A stretch of 64,000 nucleotides of DNA from Anolis carolinensis. Lineage: Eukaryota. How positions within the stretch are numbered: position 1 is the first letter of the stretch; each line of letters starts with the position of its first letter. The notes under the pieces are model-generated. The model worked only from the letters and a program-made list of their open reading frames with translations, was not told the origin of the DNA and made no database searches. The stretch covers positions 171,074,107 through 171,138,106 of the forward strand of contig NC_085844.1 of assembly GCF_035594765.1 (NCBI RefSeq), in the 5' to 3' direction. Positions 12,506 to 23,596 of this stretch are shown one piece after another. The translations under genes and the position numbers were made by a program.

Positions 12506-14031
12506 TACATGGATGACCTGAAGCTGTATGGAAAAACGGAAACTGAAATCCAGTCTCTGACTAACACTGTCCGAATTTTTAGCACTGATATCAGCATGGA
12601 GTTTGGCTTGGACAAATGTTCGACAGTGGCATTGAAGAAGGGAAAAATCATTGAAAGCGAGGGCATAAATATGCCTAATGGCCAAACAATAAAGTGTGAC
12701 CAGCCAGAGGCCTATAAATATCTGGGCATACTACATCTGGACAACATCAAGCAGGAACATGTGAAAACTGTGGTCAGCAAAGAATACACACAAAGGGTCA
12801 GAAAAATTCTCAAAAACAAGCTCAATGGAGGCAACACCATCAAGGCCATAAACACCTGGGCTATACCTGTCATAAGATATACTGCTGGCATCATAAATTG
12901 GACACAGATGGAACTAGACAATTTGGACAGAAAAACAAGAAAACTCATGACCATTCATCATTCACTGCACCCTCGCAGTGATGTTGACCGGCTATATCTG
13001 CCTAGAAGATCAGGGGGCAGAGGACTCCTACAAGTAAAACAAGCAGTCAAAGAAGAAGAACATGCCCTGGCAGAATATGTAAAGCAAAGTGAAGAACCTG
13101 CTTTGATTGAAGTCAAAAATCAGAAACCCCTCAAAGCACAGCAGACAAAAAACCAGTACAAGAAAGCCACACTACAAACTAGAGCTGACAGCTGGCACAA
13201 CAAAACATTGCATGGAAAGTTCCTTGACAAAATTGAAGGAAAAGCTGATAAGGAGAAGACCTGGCTGTGGCTCACAAATGGGACCCTGAAGAAGGAGACA
13301 GAAGGCCTGATCCTTGCAGCCCAGGAGCAAGCCATCAGAACAAATGCAATTAAGGCCAAGATCGAAAAATCAGCTGATGACCCAAAATGCAGACTGTGCA
13401 AGGAAACCGACGAAACCATTGATCATATCCTCAGCTGCTGTAAGAAAATTGCACAGACAGACTACAAACAGAGGCACAACTATGTGGCCCAAATGATTCA
13501 TTGGAACTTATGCCTCAAGTACCACCTGCCTTCAGCAAAGAACTGGTGGGATCACAAACCTGCAAAAGTATTGGAAAATGAGCACGCAAAAATACTGTGG
13601 GACTTCCGAATCCAGACTGACAAAGTTCTGGAACACAACACACCAGACATCACAGTTGTGGAAAAGAACAAGGTTTGGATCATTGATGTCGCCATCCCAG
13701 GTGACAGTCGCATTGACGAAAAACAACAGGAAAAACTCAGCCGCTATCAGGACCTCAAGATTGAACTTCAAAGACTCTGGCAGAAACCAGTGCAGGTGGT
13801 CCCGGTGGTGATCGGCACATTGGGTGCCGTGCCAAAAGATCTCAGCCGGCATTTGGAAACAATAGACATTGACAAAATCACGATCTGCCAACTGCAAAAG
13901 GCCACCCTGCTGGGATCTGCGCGCATCATCCGAAAATACATCACACAGTCCTAGACACTTGGGAAGTGTTCGACTTGTGATTTTGTGATACGAAATCCAG
14001 CATATCTATCTTGTTTGCTGTGTCATAATAA

Positions 14032-14032
<1 letters not shown>
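12506..14032 (+). mobile_element. 5'-truncated R4/Dong-clade non-LTR retrotransposon (RT C-terminal half, CCHC knuckle, restriction-like endonuclease)
   Basis: Uninterrupted frame from YMDD to stop at 13954; CRLCKETDETIDHILSCC zinc knuckle; RHN motif; PD..D..K (TPDITVV..IIDVAIP..EKLSRY); inserted in (AAT)n, the known Dong target. Confidence 0.92.
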
Positions 14033-14096
<64 letters not shown>

Positions 14097-14097
<1 letters not shown>

Positions 14098-14311
14098 TTA
14101 TTTGTTTGACCAGTCATATGACCATTTCAAAGTGCAACATAAATAAAAACAAGGCAAAAGGGATGGGAGGACAGGCAGCTGACCATCTGTTTGCTGACAA
14201 AATCTTATTTTCCTGATTCTTCTTTCAGGAAATGTGCTCTTTTCTTGATAGCTTTCAGGATAAAAAGGCTTACTCTAATTATGGTGGATCTTTCTTGTCC
14301 TTGCAAGAGGA
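14097..14311 (-). mobile_element. Short 5'-truncated LINE 3' end with (TTA)n tail (tail at 14033-14096 and 12431-12463)
   Basis: Minus strand ORF2-like end LLQGQERSTIIRVSLFILKAIKKRAHFLKEESGK-stop, short 3'UTR, AATAAA, then (TTA)n; whole insert 12431-14311 bounded by TSD CTTCATCAGAT (12420-12430, 14312-14322). Confidence 0.75.
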
Positions 14312-14572
14312 CTTCATCAGATTCCTGCTCCCGAATAACCCTTTTTTCCCTTCTGGCACTCATACTACTGTTTGTAACGTTACTACAACAAATAGGAAGA
14401 CCTGAATGAATCGCAAACCCATGTAACATAAATAATTATTTATTTGTATTATGCCAATTAATTAATACACTTATCTTAGCAGTGCACAAAATTGGCTTTA
14501 AAAATGAATGAAAATAGTAAAAAAAATGAATTGACAATAAGCTACTTTTAGATGCCAACTCAAATTACTTTA

Positions 14573-15360
14573 GGGCCATTGCAGACAGACCCCATATTCC
14601 AGGATCTGATCCCAAGTTTTCTGCTTTGGAATCATAGAATCATAGAATAGTAGAGTTGGAAGAGACCTCATGGGCTATCCAGTCCAACCCCCTGCTAAGA
14701 AGCAGGAAATCGCATTCAACGCACCCCCGACAGATGGCCATCCAGCCTCTGCTTAAAAGCCAAGGAAGGAGCCTCCACCACAGCCTGGGGGAGAGAGTTC
14801 CACTGTCGAACAGCTCTCACAGTGAGGAAGTTCTTCCTGATGTTCAGGTGGAATCTCCTTTCCTGTAGTTTGAAGCCATTGTTCTGTGTCCTAGTCTGCA
14901 GGGCAGCAGAAAACAAGCTTGCTCCCTCCTCCCTATGACTTCCCCTCACGTATTTGTACATGGCTATCATGTCTCCTCTCGGCCTTCTCTTCTGCAGGCT
15001 AAACATGCCCAGCTCTTTAAGCTGCTCCTCATAGGGCTTGTTCTCCAGACCCTTGATCATTTTAGTCGCCCTCCTCTGGACGCTTTCCAGCTTGTCAACA
15101 TCTCCCTTCAACTGCGGTGCCCAAAATTGGACACAGTATTCCAGGTGTGGTCTGACCAAGGTAGAATAGAGGGGGAGCATGACTTCCCTGTATCTAGACG
15201 CTATACCCCCATTGATGCAGGCCAGAATCCTGTTGGCTTTTTTAGCTGCCGCATCACATGCTTTAGACTGGGTTATATGAGTCTGCACTGCCAGATAATC
15301 TGAGATAAACAGAAAACCCAGGATCAGATCCTGGGATATTGGGCCTGTCTGGAAGGGCCC
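14573..15360. mobile_element. PIF/Harbinger-type MITE interrupted by CR1
   Basis: TIRs gggccattgcagacag / ctgtctggaagggccc; subterminal ccaggatctgatccc / ggatcagatcctgg. Confidence 0.75.
14628..15258 (-). mobile_element. CR1 LINE 3' fragment (young)
   Basis: (ATTCTATG)n tail; ORF2 end [13 protein letters not shown]...VVEAPSL; TSD TGCTTT (14622-14627, 15259-15264); near-identical to 47295-47930. Confidence 0.95.
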
Positions 15361-15932
15361 TTCATTTCTGGAGTCAGAACCAGAACTGATTCCAAAGGCT
15401 AAAAACTAGAAATGGTTCCAGAGTTTAAAACTATGCAGAAACGATGGGTGCACATGTGTTACTCAGTGGAAGCTGGCAATGATGTGCAGATGCTGGGCTG
15501 CTTCTTGTAGTCCACATGATTTTTTCTCTACATCTTCCCCTAGGAATTGATGTAACCTCCAAACAAACATTTGGATTATACCATGACTTATCAAGGCTGG
15601 TATCCAGTACTAAGATTATGGAATCATAACGTATGAATTTATAAACCATGAGTTATGGATCTGTAACTCATTTGAACTCAATAAAATGATGTATTACAAA
15701 ACACCTGAATAAATTACACCCCATTTCACCTTTAGAGCCAGGCGCTAGTGGAGGAGGTTCATTTAGCTTCAGATCAGGGAACAAGGAGAAAGATTCCCGC
15801 AAGTAAGCCTGCAATAAGCAGAAGGGCCCTTGTGGCAGGCTGGCTCTCAGATAGGAGAAGAAAGGTGTGCTGGAAATGGCATCCTCCTCAGCAACTGGCT
15901 AGGAGCTGTTATTTAATTACAGTACACAGGAT

Positions 15933-16214
15933 GGAGCCCCCGCTGATGTAGTGGGTTAAAGACTTGTGACTTGAAGGTTGGGCTGCTGATCTGCAAGCTG
16001 CCAGGTTCGAATCCCACCCGGGGAGAGCGCGGATGAGCTCCCTCTATCAGCTCCAGCTCCATGCGGGGACATGAGAGAAGCCTCCCACAAGGATGGTAAA
16101 ACATCAAAACATCCGGGCGTCCCCTGGGCAACGTCCTTGCAGACGGCCAATTCTCTCACTCCAGAAGCGACTTGCAGTTTCTCAAGTCGCTCCTGACACG
16201 GAAAAAAAAAAAAA
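15933..16214 (+). mobile_element. tRNA-headed, Vingi-tailed SINE (ACASINE2-like), full length
   Basis: A/B boxes (ggttcgaatcc); 3' gacttgcagtttctcaagtcgctcctgacacg plus poly(A); 12-bp TSD agtacacaggat. Confidence 0.88.
16064..16157 (+). ncRNA. HDV-like ribozyme fold inside SINE
   Basis: P1 GGGGAC/GUCCCC(U), P2 GAGAGAA/UUCUCUC, P3 GCC/GGC, L3 UCC.., GGG CAA, P4 CGUC/GACG, J4/2 GCCAA; element order as in the HDV genomic ribozyme. Confidence 0.7.
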
Positions 16215-16395
16215 AGTACACAGGATTCTAGCACTCTCAGTGGTCTAAGACTTTTGGCTTACAAAGGGTCTTCCCATTTTATTGTTACAATAACATGTGA
16301 AGTAAATTCTGATGTCTAATTCTCCAAAGTCTAATATCATATCCACTATACTTTCAGACTCTCCAGGAATCTAGTTTTTATATATCTTACCAACA

Positions 16396-16692
16396 GGGAG
16401 CCCCTGATGGTGCAGTGGATTAAACCCTTGTGCCGACAGGACTGATGACTTGAAGGTTGAGTTGCTGACCTGAAGGTTGCCAGTTCAGATCCAAGCCGGG
16501 GAGAGAGCAGATGAGCTCCCTCTATCAGCACCAGCTCCATGTGGGGACATAAGATAAGCCTCCCACAAGGATGGTAAAAACATCAAAAAACATCCGGGCA
16601 TCCCCTGGGCAACGTCCTTGCAGACGGCCAATTATCTCACACCAGATGTGACTTGCAGTTTCTCAAGTCACTCCTGACACACACACACACAC
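16396..16692 (+). mobile_element. ACASINE2-like SINE, second copy with (CA)n tail
   Basis: Homologous to 15933-16214; degenerate TSD atcttaccaa/atcttatcaa. Confidence 0.85.
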
Positions 16693-16992
16693 AAAATCTT
16701 ATCAATGAACTAACAATCAGTCTTGTATTGTCTTTTTTTTAACAATAGCACACCAGTTATGTCATAATATAATGTATCTACACTGAAGCATTTTAAGATC
16801 AGTGGCCTATACTGATCAAATTAGATAATGGTACCTGTTGATAAATGGTGATGAAAATTGAGGCTTTTACTGTCCCTATAGTTTCCATACAAAATACATC
16901 AAAATTCCTACCATATGACTTAAATTATAATATTATCAAACAAAGTATTTTTTTCTGTTTTAAGATTTCATAATTTTTGCTTTGGAAATATC

Positions 16993-17297
16993 TGTTAAGC
17001 ATCCCTCATCTAGAATTCTGAAATCCTCCAGAATCCAAAATTCCTCACATGGGTGGTTGAGATAGTGACAGCTTTGGTTTCTGATGGTTCAATGTATACA
17101 CTTTGATTCATGCACAGAAGTATTAAAATGTTATGTAAAACATAACAAACTATATTCAAACTATATATAAATGAATTTTGAATGAAATGAAATATTTCAT
17201 TGTGTATGGATATGCAAACGCAGGTATTCCAAATCCCTCCAAAATCTGAAATCAAAAACACTTCTGGTACTTCTGGTACCAAGCAATTAAGGGATAT
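16993..17297. mobile_element. Tigger4/MER46-like pogo-family MITE, degraded
   Basis: gcatccctcatc...aaaacacttctggtaccaagca..aagggata resembles Tigger4-type ends. Confidence 0.6.
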
Positions 17298-18199
17298 TGT
17301 ATAAGGGATTATGTAGAGAAACTAAACAAATAAATATTACTTTAATACATATTTGCATTTGAAACTTTGGTGGAAATGCTTAGTTTTTTCATTCAATTAG
17401 TTAATTCTTAGGTCTTTTACAAAAAATACATGCATATGTTTGTATATTAATACCCATGCATGTATATTTGTGTGTGCGTGTGTCTATACATGTGTGTGTT
17501 AACATTTTCCCTATCTTTTTATTGCATTACTTTGTGAATCAGATGTATTATGTAACATTTACTCAAAAGACAGAACTTTAGAAACCTGGGGAGCTACATC
17601 AACTCCACTGACTAAATCAAAGTACACCACTTTTATGCTTTCTCTGTGCAACTGTTTTGAGGATTCCTGCATTATCAGTGTAGTGTGTACGAAAAATGAA
17701 TGAATTCTAACACTATGATCTAAATAGGTTAACTAACATCTCTCCAGTAAATAATCCCATGTGCTCTAATGGAGTATCCTAAGGTAAGTTGTACCTGGCT
17801 GTATCTGCTTGGTGGATGGGCATGAGCTCCTATTTCAGTGCAAAACATGATATCGGTAACACAAAGCACCACCAAAAAGTTTGAATTCTAGGTTTATAGA
17901 GCTGCTAGCAGAAGGCTAATGGTTTCACTAGAGAAAAAAAACCATTTGTTCTGAGTATTAGGTAAACTCAAATCTGCCGATCAAGTTGCTATCTATTTTG
18001 TAATGTAAAGTATTTGCCTATCAAATTGCTATACATTACGAACATGTATAAATCCGCAATAATCTTAGAAGCCTTAAACAATGGTGCTATTTAGGTTTTG
18101 TTTTTTTTTAAAGGGGGACTTGTCACAAAAGTAGTCCAGGGATTTGATACAACCATCTGGGTGCAAGTATACTCTATCTCACTCAGGGACATGTAGTAG

Positions 18200-20460
18200 A
18201 AAGTTTGAAACTGTAACAGAACATATACATTTTGATAACAGTCACTATGCATTTTGGACACCAGGGGGTGCACTCCTCCATGTCACCTTTTTCCCCTGTC
18301 CCACTCACTGCATTAATTTTTTTCACAAAAAAAGTCTGCAGTGGTTTTGCACTTCTCTCAGAAAAGGGGGTGTTGGAGTTCGGGGAGAGGAGGAAGTTTC
18401 TTTACCCATCTTACTATTCAGTGTNNNNNNNNNNNNNNNNNNNNNNNNNNNNNNNNNNNNNNNNNNNNNNNNNNNNNNNNNNNNNNNNNNNNNNNNNNNN
18501 NNNNNNNNNNNNNNNNNNNNNNNNNNNNNNNNNNNNNNNNNNNNNNNNNNNNNNNNNNNNNNNNNNNNNNNNNNNNNNNNNNNNNNNNNNNNNNNNNNNN
18601 NNNNNNNNNNNNNNNNNNNNCCCTCCCACCAACCTTCCAGTGGCTCTGACGTAGCAGGGCCCACTGCAAACACATTGAAGTATTTATTCAGCCTAATTTA
18701 TGACCTACCCAGCCAGCGAGACCCCCTCTCCAAAACCCAACACTGTTGTATATTTAATTAATCAGCCTCTCCCTGGCACTTGGGAAAGTTAGACAAAGGG
18801 CTAATTATTGTGTTGTTGCACTCCCCACCCTTTTCTTCTTTTTCTTCTTTTAATAGTTGGGGGGCGATTAGGGAGGGGGTAGAAGAGAGTTGAATATTTG
18901 CATGGGAAAGAAACTTACAAGGCTCACGCCATTTGCACCCTCTTCCCATAAACACCTTTCTCCCACTCTCCTGCCCTCCTGACATTTTGTGAAATACTTG
19001 AGCTGCTTAAGGGAATTAGAAAAAAAAATCTGATGTGAATGNNNNNNNNNNNNNNNNNNNNNNNNNNNNNNNNNNNNNNNNNNNNNNNNNNNNNNNNNNN
19101 NNNNNNNNNNNNNNNNNNNNNNNNNNNNNNNNNNNNNNNNNNNNNNNNNNNNNNNNNNNNNNNNNNNNNNNNNNNNNNNNNTGCGCACTGCAGCTCTTGT
19201 GCCTTTGTCTAAGCCTTAAGGCTTTCAAACTTTTTTTTTCTTTTCTTCTTTTTTTTTTCAAAGATGATTTTAGCAATGATTTGCAGACAGAGTGCTATTG
19301 TGTTCTTGGTGAGCAACATGTCAATAAAGGAGTAGAATTACCCTGTGCTGGGGGTGTCAATATGACTCCTGAATGCACCAATCACTCCGGACAGGACGGA
19401 AAACTCATTTAACCCTTTCTCAATCCAACTACTTTTCAGAGATGCTGGTTCTTATATATATTTAACTGGCTCCAAAGTTATTTTTCAAAGTGAGACATCC
19501 CCAAACAGCATTTTATAAACAGTACTATACTTATGAGTCACCCCCCACTCCTATCCTAAAATCCTACATACTGATGCATTTACTAAAACCCCATCTTTTA
19601 GTAGAAAGAGAGTGTTTATTGGATACAAGGTGCATTTCTGAGTATGTACATACTTATGTACATATATATGTACATCGGGCGGGGGGATACACTGATTTTA
19701 TTACGGTTATTTTAAGATCCCCGCTATTTGATTCTACAACCCCTTTGTTTTCTGTTTTTAGCTGAATGCTTGGAATGGCAGTCAAATTCTATTTCTGATG
19801 AACTTGTAGAGTTACTACTACAAGACAATTTAAGCTTGAAAATATATGACCAACAGATTACTATTAATTTTCTACTAAATGTGGGTGGTGGTTTTTTTGC
19901 ATGCTAGATATTTGCAACCAGGAAAGACTTTCTCTTTCTCTGTGTGTGTGAGGGGGAGATATGGGAATATTATTTCATTTATTCTGTTTGGAATGGATTT
20001 CCTGCGAGAAACGGTTACTGTGCCTATACCTGCCCATTCTCAGCAATTCTGCAGCATCAGATGATCTGAGACTGCTGCCTGGCCGGCATGGAAACATTTT
20101 GCTTGCTTGCACCCAGGGCTATTACAGTTCAGTGTTGTCCTAAAATGGCACTGTCCTTTCTCCAGAGCTCAAGGTGAAACATCAAAAAGAATTCTGCAGT
20201 CCACTACAAGATCNNNNNNNNNNNNNNNNNNNNNNNNNNNNNNNNNNNNNNNNNNNNNNNNNNNNNNNNNNNNNNNNNNNNNNNNNNNNNNNNNNNNNNN
20301 NNNNNNNNNNNNNNNNNNNNNNNNNNNNNNNNNNNNNNNNNNNNNNNNNNNNNNATGTGCTTATAAAATTCCATTTAACCATTGCTGAGCTCTGTTTTAA
20401 TATTCTCGAAGGGGTATTATCACACTCCCCCCTCCCTAATTTACAGCACAATGAAAGTTG
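18200..20460. promoter_or_regulatory. Putative cluster of conserved non-coding elements (intronic enhancer region)
   Basis: TE-free, rich in TAAT/ATTA and ACAAAG/ATTGT words, contains three of the short N-masked blocks. Confidence 0.5.
18255..18273 (+). promoter_or_regulatory. Candidate CTCF site
   Basis: tggacaccagggggtgcac versus consensus TGGCCACCAGGGGGCGCTA; lies at the edge of a TE-free block with masked segments. Confidence 0.45.
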
Positions 20461-20684
20461 AGACTCTATAATGCCAGTATCCTAAAATCCTCACAGCAGT
20501 AAGGTTTTATGAACCATAAACAATATCTACTTGACTGAATCCTAAACAGGAAATCTGAAATGGCAATTACATTACTTAGAGAATGTCAATCTATATCTAA
20601 TGTTAGCTGAAAGAGGAGAGGGAGGCTTTGAAAAACAACCCTCCTAATTCTGCTTTTGGTATTCACCACCAGTTTTGATTCTGC

Positions 20685-20921
20685 TTGTTTTTGTGTGCCT
20701 TGAAGTCATTTCTGACTTATTGTGACCCTACCATGACCCTACCATGGGGTTTTCCTGGCAAGATTTGTTCAGGGGTACAGGTTTGCACCTGGCGCTATGA
20801 GGCTGAGAAAGTGTGACTTATTCAAGAACACCCAGTGGGTTTCTATGGCAGAGTGGGGATTTAAAACTTGATCTCCAGAGTCATAGTTCAGTGCTCAAAC
20901 CACTATACCACGCTAGCTCTC
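20685..20921 (-). mobile_element. tRNA-derived squamate SINE with RTE-like tail
   Basis: Minus strand: gagagctagcgtggtatagtggtttgagcactgaactatgactctggagatc...gacttcaaggcacacaaaaaca. Confidence 0.8.
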
Positions 20922-22625
20922 GACTGCACTTAGCAGAACAGAAATAGGACAAAAGTTCTCTGAAACCCACCTGGAATATTTTTTTTATATTTATTGTCTG
21001 CCATCTTGTCCAAAAGATTTCTATCTGTAAATTCCCCCTAAATAATGCCATGTTAGACAAAAAAAAGTGGTTACTGTAAGATATAAGAAATTGTTGTTTT
21101 TCCAAGCACAAAAAAGTTAAATTGATTTTTCAAGGGCAAAGTCTAATACTCTGGGAGGAGGTTGTTAATGTGGACTCCAGAACTGAGTGTGATGAGTTCA
21201 TTTGCTTTTGAAGTCAAATTGGCTATTTAAAGACATGCATACAGTTACACTGTTCTCTGACAATGTCATAGATTAGGATTCATGAATGTCCATGGTGTTT
21301 TATCAATTTACAAAATCTGTTTCCTGTTCTCCCCAAGGGATTCTCTCTAAAATCCTGTTGTGGTTTTATACTGGTATAAATGTAATTATGCAAGCATTTC
21401 CACCTTCTTAGAGGTTGAACAATAGGTGGTATCCTATTCAAGGATGCAAAAACCTTGTTGCCTGGAAGTAAACTGTTGCACAAGTGGCTGCACTGTCTTG
21501 GAAGTTCTGTAAGTGTGATCCTTAGTTGTGAGTGAGAAGCTGGATTATAAAGGAATTGAAAGGCCATACTACCTGTGTGACGTCATGACCACCAAGGATG
21601 CAGGGAGATGTTTCTCCCTTTTTAAAGTGTAGCGTAGCTTGACTTAAAATGTATGTACTAGAGGCTTGAATGTTAGAAAACGGTAACAAGTTTATTGATG
21701 TACATATGCTTAATAGTTTCAATGTTGCTTCTCTCTTAGAGGTACACTTTTTTAACAGTTACAATGATAACATTCGATGAAACAACTCTCAAGAGGACTA
21801 TTTCTTCCTTTAAGCAGTTTAAACCTTTTTTCTTTCCAACTGATGTTTCTTATTTTAACTGATCGCTACAGACTTCTACTGGGATTTCCTTTCTTTGTTA
21901 CTCAAACTCTACTACTAACTTAAATAAATCACTTGACCTATTTAAAAAGGCACAGGATAGAACCTGAACTTTCCTGATTCTCAATACCTTAGAACCAGCC
22001 TTCCCTGTGGTTCCCTGACCACAGACTGACTCTTTTTTTCAAAATCTGCCCAATCTTACCGAACGGCAGTTGGTTCCGCCCTCGTGTCTATGGCAACCTG
22101 CCTCAGGGTGCTGAACTGGCTACCAATCCTCCAAGCAATGCCAACTCAAATACTTACCTTTTTAAAAACCTCTACCTACAATCAAACATAACTGTAAACC
22201 AAAATCCACACTTCACCACAACCTGGTATATGCTTTACTGTACAATGCTAAAACCCTAAGTACGTATGCTGGTGTAATTTTATGCCATGCAACTGATGAT
22301 CATAACAGGGAGGAAGGGAGGAGGCAAAAAGTAGTGTAGCAGCACTTTTAAAACTAACTGGCTTTATTTTTGCATGAGTGTCCATGGATGTAAACTTCTT
22401 TGGATCTAAGCCTCTTAGAGCTCCAGCCTCTTTGCTGTAGTTCAAAAAAAAAAAAAAAAGCCATTTCCCAGCTCTGTTTTCATCATATAGCTACTAAACC
22501 ACTGTCTTGCACTGACTGAATATGATATTAACCCCTTCTTGATTTAAAGATGTTTACAAGTAAGTCAAATTTTAAATTAAAAAAAACAACAATCTACGTA
22601 GTGTTTTAAAATCTAGGCGGTTCTA

Positions 22626-22980
22626 TTGGAAGGGCAGGACACTGAGGGAATATGGATTGGGAAGAAGCAGAATGGGACAAGGAGGTCAATGGTGTTTACA
22701 CTCTGGATAACTCTTTTGGAAGGATAGGAGATTAAAGGGAGGTGGATTGGGAAGAAGACAAATGGGTGAAGACATTGATAGACTGGAAAGGAGTTTAAAA
22801 TCTGGATGGAAAGACAAGACATTGAGGAAGGAGAATTGAGAAGAAGAGTAGGGTGAGGAGGTTAATAGAATGGAAAGGAGTTTAAAATCTGAGTGGATCT
22901 ACTGGAAGGACATTACATTCAGGCACGAGAATTGGGAGGAAGAGTAGTAAGACAAGGAAGTTGATGGAGTAAAAGGGGTT
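22626..22980. repeat. Degenerate purine-rich tandem repeat, about 90-bp unit, 4 copies
   Basis: Recurring tggaagg.c..gacattgagg..g.gaattgggaagaag....ggaaaggagtttaaaatctg. Confidence 0.65.
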
Positions 22981-23019
22981 AAGTAATCATGCCAATGTCA
23001 TTGTCACAATACAGTTGGC

Positions 23020-23233
23020 TATTCATGTATTTTATGTCTAGGTTTTTAAAGCATTTGACATGTTTTATGTAGTTTTATATTTATTTTCTCATGTTGTTTT
23101 AATTTATGGATTGTGTTTTAATCTATGTTGATGTTGGGCTCATCCCCATGTAAGCCGCCCCGAGTCCCTTCGGGGAGATGGATGCGGGATATAAAAATAA
23201 AGTTGTTGTTGTTGTTGTTATTATTATTATTAT
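23020..23233 (+). mobile_element. L2 LINE 3' tail fragment
   Basis: T-rich UTR, gtaagccgccccgagtcccttcggggagatgg stem-loop, aataaa plus (GTT)(ATT) tail. Confidence 0.75.
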
Positions 23234-23596
23234 ATTCTTTGGTTCCCTTTTTTTTTTTTGCAGATTTGATTATTTGCAAGTTTATAGTGGCCCGTTAACT
23301 AGCTATACCCTCTCCTGCCTTATATCCTTCCATTAGAGCCATCCAGATTTTAAAGTCATTTAGGATGTTCACATTTCTTTCTTTATCTGTTAAATTATAT
23401 CATTACTATTACAGTATATAGCACTTTTATTATAGCCGCATCACAACTGAGAAGCCAAGCCTGTGACATGGTGTTTACCTAAGCCCAACTTTTGAGTTCT
23501 TGGCTGAAGTGAAAGTGTGAAAGTTGCTTTTGAAAGTAGTTAAAGGTATAGTTTCAGAATCCCCAAATAAGTTACAATACAAAGTAAAGGTATGTG

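Larger units (their letters stand above)
11409..14390 (-). mobile_element. Solo LTR (Gypsy/BEL/Copia-class, about 1.09 kb net) interrupted by nested LINEs
   Basis: TGTTG...CAACA termini; 5-bp TSD AATAG (11404-11408, 14391-14395); minus-strand TATA-like gataaaag near 11900 and AATAAA at 11458-11463; internal 150-bp tandem duplication. Confidence 0.88.

Noticed and set aside
12155-13954. 599-aa ORF as a single gene
   Set aside because: Chance in-frame fusion of antisense LTR sequence, (AAT)/(ATT) microsatellite and a truncated Dong RT lacking its N-terminal RT motifs.
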